Shown here: positions 20,790 through 30,831 of the stretch, piece by piece
Numbering within the stretch: the first letter of the stretch is position 1
Layout: each line of letters begins with the position of its first letter
IMG/VR virus record: IMGVR_UViG_3300026484_000351
Span: 1-64,000 of that record
Direction: 5' to 3' (one strand)
Origin: a virus
DNA length: 64,000 nucleotides
Made by a program: the position numbers and the translations under genes
Notes under the pieces: model-generated
Seen by the model: the letters and a program-made list of their open reading frames with translations, nothing else
What the model was told of the DNA's origin: nothing
The model's database searches: none

Positions 20790-21188
20790 ATGGTATTCAA
20801 AAAACAAAAAGAATGGTTTAGTTTACAGCAATGCATTGATAATCCAGATAAATTATATATTTTTGGTGATAATACATTTAGAAAAGGCACTTGTGGACAA
20901 GCGCAGATTAGACATTGTGATAATTCCTATGGAATTTGTACAAAATGGGCACCCAATACAACCGATGGTGCTTATTTTTCCGATACCATTAACTGTTTAG
21001 AAATAGTTGAAAAAGATATTTTGACTTTAATTAAATTATCTAAAGAGGGAAAATATAAGGAAATTATTTTTCCTTTGGAAGGAATAGGTTCAGGTTTATC
21101 CAAAATGCCTCAAAAATGTCCTTTGCTTTATAGAAAAATGAATAGATTATTTAAAAAGTACTTTGATATATCTTACAATAATTTATAA
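20790..21188 (+). CDS. Conserved phage protein (FGDN..R.G..GQA family)
   Basis: YIFGDN...GQAQIR...GI.TK..P...GIGSGL. Confidence 0.6.
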   Translation: MVFKKQKEWFSLQQCIDNPDKLYIFGDNTFRKGTCGQAQIRHCDNSYGICTKWAPNTTDGAYFSDTINCLEIVEKDILTLIKLSKEGKYKEIIFPLEGIGSGLSKMPQKCPLLYRKMNRLFKKYFDISYNNL

Positions 21189-21201
21189 ATAAACTTAAAG
21201 G

Positions 21202-21993
21202 ATGTTAATGGAAGATTCTAATGTAGTTTTAAAACTAACGGGAATAATTAATGAACTAACTAACATTATTGCTGATTTAACCAAACTAAGAAAATTGCCC
21301 ACAGAAGTAGATTTTGAAAAAATAAATACAACTGAAAAAATAGTTGAAGTTATTAAAGAAGAACCAGTAGAAGTAGTAAAAGAAATACCAGTAGAAGTAA
21401 TAAAAGAAGTAGAAAAAATAGTTGAAGTTGAAGTAGTAAAAGAAATACCAGTAGAAGTAATAAAAGAAGTAGAAAAAATAGTTGAAGTTGAAGTAGTAAA
21501 AGAAATACCAGTAGAAGTAATAAAAGAAGTAGAAAAAATAGTTGAAGTTGAAGTAATAAAAGAAATACCAGTAGAAGTAATAAAAGAAGTAGAAAAAATA
21601 GTTGAAGTTGAAGTAATAAAAGAAATACCAGTAGAAGTAATAAAAGAAGTAGAAAAAATAGTTGAAGTTGAAGTAATAAAAGAAATACCAGTAGAAAAAA
21701 TAGTTACTAATAAACCATATTCTGAGATTGAGGAAATGAAGATAAAAGCGCCTAGTGGTCCGGCACCGCACAAATTCCCGAAACACCTTTACTATAAGGA
21801 AATAGAATTAAGTCAATATCAGGGTGAGTTGTTATATAAACCAAGATATATTCTTCAACCCAATCAAAAGGCGTACGGAATTCAGGATGAATGGAATGTA
21901 ATTGTAACATTTAAAGAAGACAAATATATTACAGAGCATCCTCAGGAACATTTTAATAATCACATTTTAACAAGGAAACATAATGGCAATTGA
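21202..21993 (+). CDS. Late protein with Val/Glu/Lys-rich (articulin/alveolin-like) repeats
   Basis: EIPVEVIKEVEKIVEVEV(V/I)K x~5; TATAAATA at 21184-21191. Confidence 0.7.
   Translation: MLMEDSNVVLKLTGIINELTNIIADLTKLRKLPTEVDFEKINTTEKIVEVIKEEPVEVVKEIPVEVIKEVEKIVEVEVVKEIPVEVIKEVEKIVEVEVVKEIPVEVIKEVEKIVEVEVIKEIPVEVIKEVEKIVEVEVIKEIPVEVIKEVEKIVEVEVIKEIPVEKIVTNKPYSEIEEMKIKAPSGPAPHKFPKHLYYKEIELSQYQGELLYKPRYILQPNQKAYGIQDEWNVIVTFKEDKYITEHPQEHFNNHILTRKHNGN
21364..21704 (+). repeat. 60-bp tandem repeat, ~5.5 copies
   Basis: Successive 60-nt lines 21361-21700 are near identical. Confidence 0.95.
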
Positions 21994-22210
21994 TATGAAA
22001 GATTCAATAAAAATTTTACAAAAAATAAGAGAAGCATTAAATAAAAAGACAAATACTACACTTCAAGTAAACGGAAATAATAAGGCAGGGATAAGTTTTG
22101 AACGATTTCATCAGAATAATACTATTTCACCAGATGAAATGTTTGGAGACCAATTATACGGTCATCCATTAATTAAAGAAATGCTTGATGTAAAGAAATA
22201 AAGAAAAGGA

Positions 22211-22711
22211 ATGGCAAAAGAACAAAGTTATGGAATATGCCCATATACAATTATATTAGGAAACTTTTTTGTTTTATTAAATAAAACATCTGAGGAAAGC
22301 TATTATAACTTCTTTAAAGGTAAAATCGAAGAAGGAGAAACTACTGAGCAATGTGCTCAAAGAGAATTTTTTGAGGAAACAGGAGTTAAAGTAGATTCTA
22401 AAGATTTTGAAGATTATTTCTTTCAAAAATCCTCTAGAAAAGATGTAGGTATTTTTCTTGTTGATTGGGCAAGATATCAACAATTTCCTTTTTATTTTCA
22501 AGAAAAAGAAATCTGGAGTGCGACTTGGGTTAGATTAAAATCTATTGAGGTTTCTAAAAATCAACAAGAAATTATTAATTCTATTGAATTATTGTTTAAA
22601 CCACGGTTTCAGCAGTTAAGGAATATTTGTTTTCCAACAGCTAATATAAATAACATAAATGAACTTACCAAAAATGATAGAACTAATAAGTTTTCTTCGG
22701 TTAAAAAGTAA
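22211..22711 (+). CDS. Nudix hydrolase
   Basis: KGKIEEGETTEQCAQREFFEETG Nudix box. Confidence 0.9.
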   Translation: MAKEQSYGICPYTIILGNFFVLLNKTSEESYYNFFKGKIEEGETTEQCAQREFFEETGVKVDSKDFEDYFFQKSSRKDVGIFLVDWARYQQFPFYFQEKEIWSATWVRLKSIEVSKNQQEIINSIELLFKPRFQQLRNICFPTANINNINELTKNDRTNKFSSVKK

Positions 22712-22842
22712 CAAATGAAGAATAATGTCTTTAAGGGCTCTTATCATTCATATTAGTGACAACGATTATGAGTTCAACAACGGATATGTGCAAATTTATC
22801 TAACCCAGATTGTCAATTTAGTAAAATTTTAAAGGAGTAAAT

Positions 22843-23001
22843 ATGATATATTTAATAGTTCTGAGTTTTCTGGTCTTGAAAATAATGAGTTTAGTTATTA
22901 TACACAATAAAGTTAAGAAAAACAATAAAGTTAAGAAAAACAATAAAGTTAAGAAAAACAATAAAGTTAAGAAAAACAATAAAGTTAAGAAATATATTTA
23001 A
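22843..23001 (+). CDS. Small TM peptide with (N)NKVKK x5 and KKYI C-terminus (52 aa, not in ORF track)
   Basis: AAGGAG RBS; MIYLIVLSFLVLKIMSLVIIHNKVKK(NNKVKK)4YI*. Confidence 0.6.
   Translation: MIYLIVLSFLVLKIMSLVIIHNKVKKNNKVKKNNKVKKNNKVKKNNKVKKYI
22904..22992 (+). repeat. 18-bp tandem repeat ACAATAAAGTTAAGAAAA, ~5 copies
   Basis: Four exact copies plus 17 nt. Confidence 0.95.
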
Positions 23002-23057
23002 TGTTGTTTTAAGAATAATATGTTATAATTATATATATTAAAATAAGGAAGTCACAA

Positions 23058-24107
23058 ATGACAACGGAAATAGTAGAAACATCAATAATTGAAACAGATA
23101 AAGCAACAAGATCTCAAAGTTCAGTAGCAGAGTTAGAAGTTGAATTCAGTGCATTTATTAAAGAAATGGAAGTTGCAAATAATTCAGTTTCAAGTAAAAT
23201 GCAAATGGACGAGTTAAATGAAATTAGTGATGAAGTTATTAAAGCAAAACAATATTTAACTTCTTTTGCGTCAGGTGAAAAGAAGACAGTTAGAGAACAA
23301 GCATATAGTCAATTAAAAGGTTTACCATTAATCGGAAACTGGGCCGGCAAAAAAGTAGTAGAAGTACAAGTGCAAGCAATGAAAGACGGTGGAGTTAAAG
23401 AAGTATTAAATAGCATTTTTGAATCTTTTGAAGTTAAGAAAAAACGATTAGTTGAATTGACTGTTATGGCAGAAGGAATGAGGAATAATTTAATCCATCA
23501 GGAAAAACAATTGGAAAAATATATTCAAAAATTGGATGAAATTATTGAAAATCCCCCAAGTATAGCTGATAAAATGAGAGCTTTAGATATGAGTATTATT
23601 GCAAATAGCCAACAACATATTACTAAAGATATGGTATATAATAATTTAGCTTTTATTATAGAACTTCTTGAAAACTTAATGATTAAGATTAGTAAAACAT
23701 TGCCAACCCTTAAAAATACTTTAAGTAACTCGTTAAATATTGTTGGTTCAATTAATAGTATTAAAGACGCAGTAGAAATGATGAATACATTAGAAAGTTT
23801 AACAAATGAAATATCTCAATCAAGTACTAACAACATTCAAGGTTTAATTGTTAATGTTACGGAATCATTAAGTGACGGGACTGATATTGAATTTTATAAA
23901 GATTCCCAAAAAAGAAATGAAGAATTTAACAAGACGCTTATAGATGCTAGAGTTAGACATATTGAATCAACAGTATCGAATTATGAAACTCTTAAAACAA
24001 TGCAAATAGATGCGAGTTCTCAGCTAGAACATAGAAGAAATGCTGAAATGAAAGCCCTAGGGATGACAGTAGATTCACTAAAAAAGGATACACAAATAGT
24101 TATATAA
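23058..24107 (+). CDS. Helical coiled-coil protein (possibly TelA-like)
   Basis: All-helical composition; early promoter at 23019; family call tentative. Confidence 0.45.
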   Translation: MTTEIVETSIIETDKATRSQSSVAELEVEFSAFIKEMEVANNSVSSKMQMDELNEISDEVIKAKQYLTSFASGEKKTVREQAYSQLKGLPLIGNWAGKKVVEVQVQAMKDGGVKEVLNSIFESFEVKKKRLVELTVMAEGMRNNLIHQEKQLEKYIQKLDEIIENPPSIADKMRALDMSIIANSQQHITKDMVYNNLAFIIELLENLMIKISKTLPTLKNTLSNSLNIVGSINSIKDAVEMMNTLESLTNEISQSSTNNIQGLIVNVTESLSDGTDIEFYKDSQKRNEEFNKTLIDARVRHIESTVSNYETLKTMQIDASSQLEHRRNAEMKALGMTVDSLKKDTQIVI

Positions 24108-24342
24108 GAGGGTTTAAACATTAAAACCCTCACTTCTCTAAGACTAAGCGAGATTGAGAAATCTAAACTTTTAATGAATAGTACACTTAGTTGTAACTTT
24201 TATAAAATCAACAACAAAAACTTCTTTAAATAGATTAAATCCAAATAATATTTGAAGTTATGAAAAGTTGCTATTTGTTAATAAGTTTAAACTTATTTTA
24301 ATGTTTAAAGTGTTATAATATAAAAAATAAATAAGGAAAATA

Positions 24343-24897
24343 ATGAAAAATTTTTATACAGCAGTTGAGTTAGGAAAGTTATCAGATGAAGAGTTAATTA
24401 AATTAACTTCTTTTGAAGGTGCCGGAGAAACATTTTTTTATTCTAATATTCAAGTAGTGGGAGAAGATAATAGTGAATTTTGTTTTAAACTTAAAAATGG
24501 TGAAGAAATCTTCACCAAAAATGTCAACTTAATTAGAGAGATTAAACACGGTAAAGCAAGATATGATTTACTTGCAAAATCATTAGAGAATATGAATACT
24601 GAAAAAGATTCACACAAATCATTTCAAAATGAAATGAAACAAATGTTAAAAGATGAATTACAACATATAAATAAACAAGTTGAAACAAATAAAACAAATT
24701 TTGACTTAGGAATCCAAAGTAATAGTAAGAAGATAAATGAAGCACTTACAAGCATGGAAACAATGATTGAAAAAGCTGCAACTTCTTGGGATAATAAGAT
24801 AGATACTCTAAAGAAAGTAGATACAAGAAGATTGGATAAAATGATGTTACAAATGGAAACAATTACTAAAGCGTTTGGCCAATTACTAGAAGATTAA
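24343..24897 (+). CDS. Hypothetical protein with coiled-coil C-terminus
   Basis: Promoter variant at 24311 and RBS. Confidence 0.6.
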   Translation: MKNFYTAVELGKLSDEELIKLTSFEGAGETFFYSNIQVVGEDNSEFCFKLKNGEEIFTKNVNLIREIKHGKARYDLLAKSLENMNTEKDSHKSFQNEMKQMLKDELQHINKQVETNKTNFDLGIQSNSKKINEALTSMETMIEKAATSWDNKIDTLKKVDTRRLDKMMLQMETITKAFGQLLED

Positions 24898-24907
24898 AAG
24901 GATTAAA

Positions 24908-25768
24908 ATGTTAAGAAAATTCGGAAAATTGTTTGGGAGGTCTACAACTTACAAGATGAAACAAGAATTTTTCAAAATTCTTGAGCTTGAAGAAAAAAGA
25001 TTAAAAATAGTTAAAGAATATGGTAATAATCTACCACAAGATATAGCAGTTACCCAAAGAGATATTTTAAGAAATAACCTTTTAACATTGGCAAAGGTTG
25101 TTGACTCAGAAGGAGGATTTGAAAATCCTCTGGAGAAAATGCTTAAACAAGAATACTTCAACATTCAAGGTACTAAGCCACAAGTCCATATAATTGATTT
25201 TGATGAATATAAGTATAATGATAACTTTTCTCGTAAAGAATTTTCGTTAAATGGAAAAGACGGAGTTACAACTTGTGAAAGAATAGATACTGGAATTTTT
25301 GCCGGGATTATTACTGATATGCTTAAATTTGAAGAAAAATTTATAAATCTTAGAGGCCCAAAAATAAAACAGCCCATCAAAAACAAATTAAAGTATTTGG
25401 CAGAACAGAAAATAGTTAAAAAAGTCCAAGAATTCGCAAATATGTTTAAAGGAAATGAACAATTGGTTAAAGAATATATTTTTAGTGGTCTAAAAGGAGA
25501 AGATGGCTACTGGGATGATTTTGACGAGTTTAAATTGAGATTAAACTTTATGGGGTTACTATACTATAAACTGGGCAACCCAGTTTGGGACGGAGGGAAA
25601 TATAATAAAGTTTCATCAGAAGATTTCGAAATAGGGACTAAAAAACTGGTTTATATTTTTTCAGGAAAATATCTAGAACTCAAAAAATTATTAAGTAACA
25701 TAAATATTAAGAATATGGATTTTATTATTTGTGAAAATCAAATGAAATATGAGTGGGAGGGCAAATGA
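24908..25768 (+). CDS. Hypothetical protein
   Basis: 286-aa ORF with RBS. Confidence 0.6.
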   Translation: MLRKFGKLFGRSTTYKMKQEFFKILELEEKRLKIVKEYGNNLPQDIAVTQRDILRNNLLTLAKVVDSEGGFENPLEKMLKQEYFNIQGTKPQVHIIDFDEYKYNDNFSRKEFSLNGKDGVTTCERIDTGIFAGIITDMLKFEEKFINLRGPKIKQPIKNKLKYLAEQKIVKKVQEFANMFKGNEQLVKEYIFSGLKGEDGYWDDFDEFKLRLNFMGLLYYKLGNPVWDGGKYNKVSSEDFEIGTKKLVYIFSGKYLELKKLLSNINIKNMDFIICENQMKYEWEGK

Positions 25769-26358
25769 CTAAAAAAGAAGTTTTTCAAACTTTTTTGAAG
25801 AATTACAATATGTTTATTGATTTTAATGGTAGTGACTACACTCTATTTACTAAAGATAACACTATTGTAACGGTGGCCAACACACCAGACGAGCTTCTAC
25901 AGTACATTATGGGTTATAATAACTGTTATGGAGAGATGCTTGAACAGATTTCTAAACTTGAACAAGCAACTGAAGCCTTGCATAAACAGAATAATCTCAA
26001 TATAGAAAACTATGAGAATATTATACTGGGCATGGGAGGAGAACAAATCGAAGATGTAAGCACCGAATAGTAATGAAACTGTAAAAGGTGAAAACATTTA
26101 CGATTTTAATATTGTTTTAAAGTTATTATGTTATAATATACTATAATAAAGGATAATATAATGATAGCATTAATATTAAAAGATATTAACGGAAGAACTT
26201 TAACTTTGGAAAATACAATTAGAATGATTAATGAAGAAGTTTATGGTGGAATATCAGAGGTAAGATTAAACCAAAATAATAAACACAGTTTTGAAATAAG
26301 AGCATTTGGAAATTTCAAATGCTCTGTATGCTCAAGATATTAGAATAGGAGTTTTAAA

Positions 26359-27336
26359 ATGAATATTTTTCAAAAATTATTAGTTAAAATACTACCAGAT
26401 AATATATTAAATAAAAATACAGTCGAGATTAATTCATCTGTAATGTACACTAAAATTGCATTTGATGCTAGTGTTATGAATAATAAAAATCTTGGTATAG
26501 GCATGTATGATATGAGTAATAATGTAAGATTGCGTAAAGGTGGGAAACTTCACAAACAATGTTCAACATTAGGCGAAGCAGAAGCACTTAAATTTACTCT
26601 AAAATATGCAAATGAAAAAGGATTTAAAAACCTTGCATTGTTTACTGATAGTCAAAATTTATCAAGACACGAATTAGGTCAATATACAAAAGATTACAAT
26701 TTTAATAGAGTTGTCTTAACTTGGATACCAAGAGAATTAAATACAGAAGCTGATAAAATGAGTAAAGAAGGACAAAAACTTAATAAAAAAGTGATTTTTG
26801 AAACACCTAATCTAATATATCCTAAAGCGGCAAATGATACAACAGTTAAGATAAGTAAACAATCTTTATCTACTATTAAATCTAGAACAGGATTAAGAAT
26901 TGTTTCAAAAGGAAATACCAAATCAACAAATCAAAAAAGTATTAAAAGTATGTTTAAAGATTATTCTTATAATCAAAAAGCATTATTTATTTCAAGATTG
27001 GCTGTAACAGAACCAGAAAAAGAATTCGGTAGAATGCTTATTCAGGCAACACCTGGAATTTATAATTTTCAACCAAGTAATAAAATGGCACCTTTAATAA
27101 GAATGGCTAAGACAATTATAGAACATAATGAGATGCCGGCTTATATTAAAAAAAGATTCAATAAATTTAAAATGGACAATAATCAAAAAATGGTTATTCA
27201 CAACTCAACAAGTTTTAGAAAAGAATATGAAAGTAGGAAGTTACAAGCACTTAAAAAAGTGAATTATATAGCAAAAAAAGAACCAGTAATGAGAACATCA
27301 GATATGATGGAACTTGTGGCTGCTATAACTGCTTAA
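26359..27336 (+). CDS. RNase HI-domain protein with basic C-terminal extension
   Basis: FDAS, EAEAL, FTDSQ and WIPRELNTEADKMS catalytic pattern. Confidence 0.85.
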   Translation: MNIFQKLLVKILPDNILNKNTVEINSSVMYTKIAFDASVMNNKNLGIGMYDMSNNVRLRKGGKLHKQCSTLGEAEALKFTLKYANEKGFKNLALFTDSQNLSRHELGQYTKDYNFNRVVLTWIPRELNTEADKMSKEGQKLNKKVIFETPNLIYPKAANDTTVKISKQSLSTIKSRTGLRIVSKGNTKSTNQKSIKSMFKDYSYNQKALFISRLAVTEPEKEFGRMLIQATPGIYNFQPSNKMAPLIRMAKTIIEHNEMPAYIKKRFNKFKMDNNQKMVIHNSTSFRKEYESRKLQALKKVNYIAKKEPVMRTSDMMELVAAITA

Positions 27337-28295
27337 ATTTTTTCTTTTAAATATATTTCTTGTTCTTTTAAAGTTGGGAAATAAAGTTCAGCATACCATC
27401 CCACTTTATGAAAATTACCAAATCTTTTTAAAGTGGCTATTGAAGATTTAGAATTACCTAATGGTTTTTCAAAACTAGACTTGGGCAAAGAAGAACTAAG
27501 TTCATTAAGATCACAATAAGGCATAATTTTAATAGAACTATTGGTGTATAATTTAAACCATTTTCCTTTTTTTAATTTAGTAGATAATATCTTTTTTCTA
27601 TGATTAATTCCTACTTCTTTCTTCCACTCTTCAGAGTTTAAAGTTTCTTTAATTTTTCTTGCTTGTTCTTTACCTATAGTATTTTTCCACTCTTCAGAGT
27701 TTTTGGTGTAAGACATCTTATCTTTCATCTTCTTACCTGTGGTATTTTCCCACTCTATGGAATTTTTGGTTTCTTTAATTTTTCTTGCTTGTTCTTTACC
27801 TATAGTATTTTTCCACTCTTCAGAGTTTTTAATTTCCTTGTGTTTTTCTGATTGAATTTTTCCCTTAGTATTTCTCCACTCTTTTGAATTAAGTAATTTG
27901 CTATGATTTTCACTTCTTTCTTCCATTTTTTTCTGAAATTCTTCAGCTGGTATTAAATCATTTTCACTTATTCTACCATTTTTAATATCTTTATTATTCA
28001 TTGCACAAAATGCACTTAATTGACTATAATTATCTATTGCTTCAGTAAATAAATAATGAGCATAATAATGGTCAGAATATAATAAATGAGTTCCGTTCCA
28101 CGGATTTTCTTTAAGATTACTATATTTTGGGAAACAAGAGTTTGCTTGAGGCAAAATATGATGATATGAAGTTTTACCTTTTATTTTTTCTTGTTGATTA
28201 TTTGTTATACAAAATTGTATATACTGTTTTAATTTTTCTTGTGATTTTATTTCTAAAGTTGAGTTTAAGAACTCTTGTAATATTTTAGTTTTCAT
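27333..28295 (-). CDS. HNH homing endonuclease with repeated DNA-binding arm
   Basis: YHHILP...N...L...DHYYAHYL; five NS.EW...GK repeats; TATAAATA on the minus strand at 28354-28361. Confidence 0.85.
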   Translation of the reverse strand: MKTKILQEFLNSTLEIKSQEKLKQYIQFCITNNQQEKIKGKTSYHHILPQANSCFPKYSNLKENPWNGTHLLYSDHYYAHYLFTEAIDNYSQLSAFCAMNNKDIKNGRISENDLIPAEEFQKKMEERSENHSKLLNSKEWRNTKGKIQSEKHKEIKNSEEWKNTIGKEQARKIKETKNSIEWENTTGKKMKDKMSYTKNSEEWKNTIGKEQARKIKETLNSEEWKKEVGINHRKKILSTKLKKGKWFKLYTNSSIKIMPYCDLNELSSSLPKSSFEKPLGNSKSSIATLKRFGNFHKVGWYAELYFPTLKEQEIYLKEKI

Positions 28296-28444
28296 TTGTT
28301 TATCCTATAATTTATTGATAAACGAACTTGCAGGTTACTTGTTTATCTATTATTATTTATAAAAGTATATATACTATCTTCAATCCAGTAACCTGCAAGA
28401 AACAAATATTAGATAGCATATATACTTTTACTTTAATATTATAC

Positions 28445-28597
28445 TTAATCTTTACTTAATTTATCCTGCATTAGTTCTATTTCAGATTTTAATCTAACAA
28501 TTTCTTTTTCATCAGTGAGTTCTTCTAATTTCTTGATTTTCTGATTAATAATTTCTTGATTAATCTGTTCAAATATGTATTCTCTAAAAGTTTTCAT
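28445..28597 (-). CDS. Small putative internal virion protein (50 aa, not in ORF track)
   Basis: MKTFREYIFEQ..., AAGGAG RBS, minus-strand TATAAATA at 28643-28650. Confidence 0.7.
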   Translation of the reverse strand: MKTFREYIFEQINQEIINQKIKKLEELTDEKEIVRLKSEIELMQDKLSKD

Positions 28598-28665
28598 ATT
28601 TCTTCTCCTTTAAGGTGTTTTTAATAAACATTATGTTATAATTATTTATATTTAAAAGGAAAGAA

Positions 28666-29748
28666 ATGAAAGAAATGAAAGAAACTAAAGAATACAAAAA
28701 AATTAAAGAGTTCGAACAAAGAACTGGTGCGTCTGTAATTTATATTACAGTGACTGGTTCAAAATTATATGGAACAGATAATGAATTAAGTGATACTGAC
28801 TATAAATTCCTCTTTATTCCCTCAAAAGAATCAGTTTTATTGAAACGGGATATAGATAGCATCAATTTGGGCAACCAATCTAAAGATAAAAATACTTCAG
28901 AGGATGTAGATATTCAAGGGCACAGTTTATATGCCTTTTTTGACCAATTAGCAAAATCTGAGACAGGGGCAATTGATGTTCTTTTTAGCATGTTTAAAGA
29001 AGATACAATAATGATGCAGGATAAAGCAATTATTGATAAAATTAGGAAAGAATACAAAGTTTTTCTTAACAAAAATATGAAAAGTTTTATCGGTTATGCT
29101 CTAAGTCAAACCAAAAGATTTGGAATTAAGGGTGCAAGATATGATGAATTAGATAAGTTTGTAAAATTACTTGAACAGTTTAAAAAAGATGAAGATATAG
29201 TAAATGTACAAGATAAATTAGGAAAAAGTTTTGATGCTTTTAGGATCATCCTAAAAGCGGGCAACTATAAATATATCAAATTTGTTATGGCACCAGGTTC
29301 AAGAGTTAAAGGTGGGGCAGCAGACGACGTTGAATATATTTCGGTACTTGGAAAATTATTTTCTGCTACTGTAACTTTTGAATATTTTATGACAAGAGTC
29401 GGGACTTTGTATAACCAATTTGGCAACAGAACCAAAACAGTTGCTGAGACAGAATCTAAAACAGATTTTAAAGCTCTGAGTCATAGCTTAAGAATTGCAG
29501 ATGAAGTGAAAGAATTACTCGAAACAGAATTTATTAAATTTCCTTTAAAAAATGCAGCTTATATTCGTGAAATTAAAGAAGGAAAGCATGAAACACAAAA
29601 AGTAATTGATGAAATTTCAGATGTCCTTGATAAAGTTGATATTTTATTACTTAGCAGTAAACTTCCAGAAGAAACAGACAGAGAAAAATTAAACAAATTT
29701 CTTTTAACGGTTCTTACTTATAAATGGAATAAAAGAAGGAATTCCTAA
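28666..29748 (+). CDS. Pol-beta-superfamily nucleotidyltransferase
   Basis: TGSKLYGT...SDTD; GYA..Q...G.KG.R; DFKALSHSLR. Confidence 0.85.
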   Translation: MKEMKETKEYKKIKEFEQRTGASVIYITVTGSKLYGTDNELSDTDYKFLFIPSKESVLLKRDIDSINLGNQSKDKNTSEDVDIQGHSLYAFFDQLAKSETGAIDVLFSMFKEDTIMMQDKAIIDKIRKEYKVFLNKNMKSFIGYALSQTKRFGIKGARYDELDKFVKLLEQFKKDEDIVNVQDKLGKSFDAFRIILKAGNYKYIKFVMAPGSRVKGGAADDVEYISVLGKLFSATVTFEYFMTRVGTLYNQFGNRTKTVAETESKTDFKALSHSLRIADEVKELLETEFIKFPLKNAAYIREIKEGKHETQKVIDEISDVLDKVDILLLSSKLPEETDREKLNKFLLTVLTYKWNKRRNS

Positions 29749-30275
29749 TGGATGTTGAACTAAGTAAAATTATGGATGCTGTGGATTTAACAGAAACAGT
29801 ACTTATAGAAGGAATTAAGGATTTGCCAATTATTCAAAATGGGATGATTTTTACTCAAGACCCCAACGGACACATAGCGACCCCTATTAGAGATATTACA
29901 GGTTATAAGTTTACTATGCAGATTGACTTTAATGACTTTTTTATTGATGGCAAAAATGTAAAAGTTAGAAAAAGATATACCGGTTTCGAATTTACTTGCG
30001 GGTCCGAAGAGATATCAGATTATCATAAAGATTATAACAAGTTTTTGAAAGAATTCCAAAAAAATATTAAGTGTACTTTAAGAATAGAGTTTAAGGCATA
30101 TATCAGGAAAACCACTGTTTCGGATACTAAAACTTTCTATAATATATCTTTTGCTACTTACGCCGTTGAAGAAATTCATTTATTGCAAAAGGATTTCCTG
30201 GATATATGTAGAAGAGAAATTATAAATAAAATTACACAGAGTACATCAAACACAAAAGAAAGGAAAGAGATATGA
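29748..30275 (+). CDS. Hypothetical protein
   Basis: Coupled stop/start with the upstream gene. Confidence 0.55.
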   Translation: MDVELSKIMDAVDLTETVLIEGIKDLPIIQNGMIFTQDPNGHIATPIRDITGYKFTMQIDFNDFFIDGKNVKVRKRYTGFEFTCGSEEISDYHKDYNKFLKEFQKNIKCTLRIEFKAYIRKTTVSDTKTFYNISFATYAVEEIHLLQKDFLDICRREIINKITQSTSNTKERKEI

Positions 30276-30831
30276 AAATTAGTTTAAGGAGTTTAAAAAC
30301 GATTGAACTTGGATTAGAAATAGTTTGTGGTATTTTGATACTTGGAATGAGTTATGAATTATTGGCACCGTCAGTATTAATAGGCATTATATTAACACTT
30401 GGGGGAATATTTACAAGCATAAGTTATTTAAATAGCAAGGATAAAGAGGGGATTAGTGAAACGATTTAAAAAATGGACACGATTATAGCCGCATTTAGTC
30501 TTTTTATAAGGTCAATTAGATTAATTTATAGTTATTTAATTACAATAACATTTATTGCTTTTTAATCTTCTTGCGTGGTAATTATATAGATTGTTCATGC
30601 GATGTCGCAATTCAACTTATTTGGATTAAATCCAGAGAATAATCTTGAAGAATAATATCACAAGAGTTCTTAAATTCTAACTTTCTATTTATAAAGATTT
30701 AAATAGTAGGAACCTTATAGATAGTATGCAGAGCAATATAATCCCTCTGAGAAAGAGATAATTTTATACTTTGAAAAATTAAGTATTATTTAGTTATAAT
30801 AGTATGATAAACATAAAGATAAAGGAAGTAA

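Noticed and set aside
21195-21786. Minus-strand ORFs rich in F/Y/T/S
   Set aside because: Shadows of the 60-bp plus-strand repeat
22904-22992. CRISPR array or iteron origin
   Set aside because: Head-to-tail repeats with no spacers; explained as an in-frame coding VNTR
24108-24131. GAGGGTTT/AAACCCTC hairpin as an intrinsic terminator
   Set aside because: 8-bp stem without a clear U-tract; too weak to call
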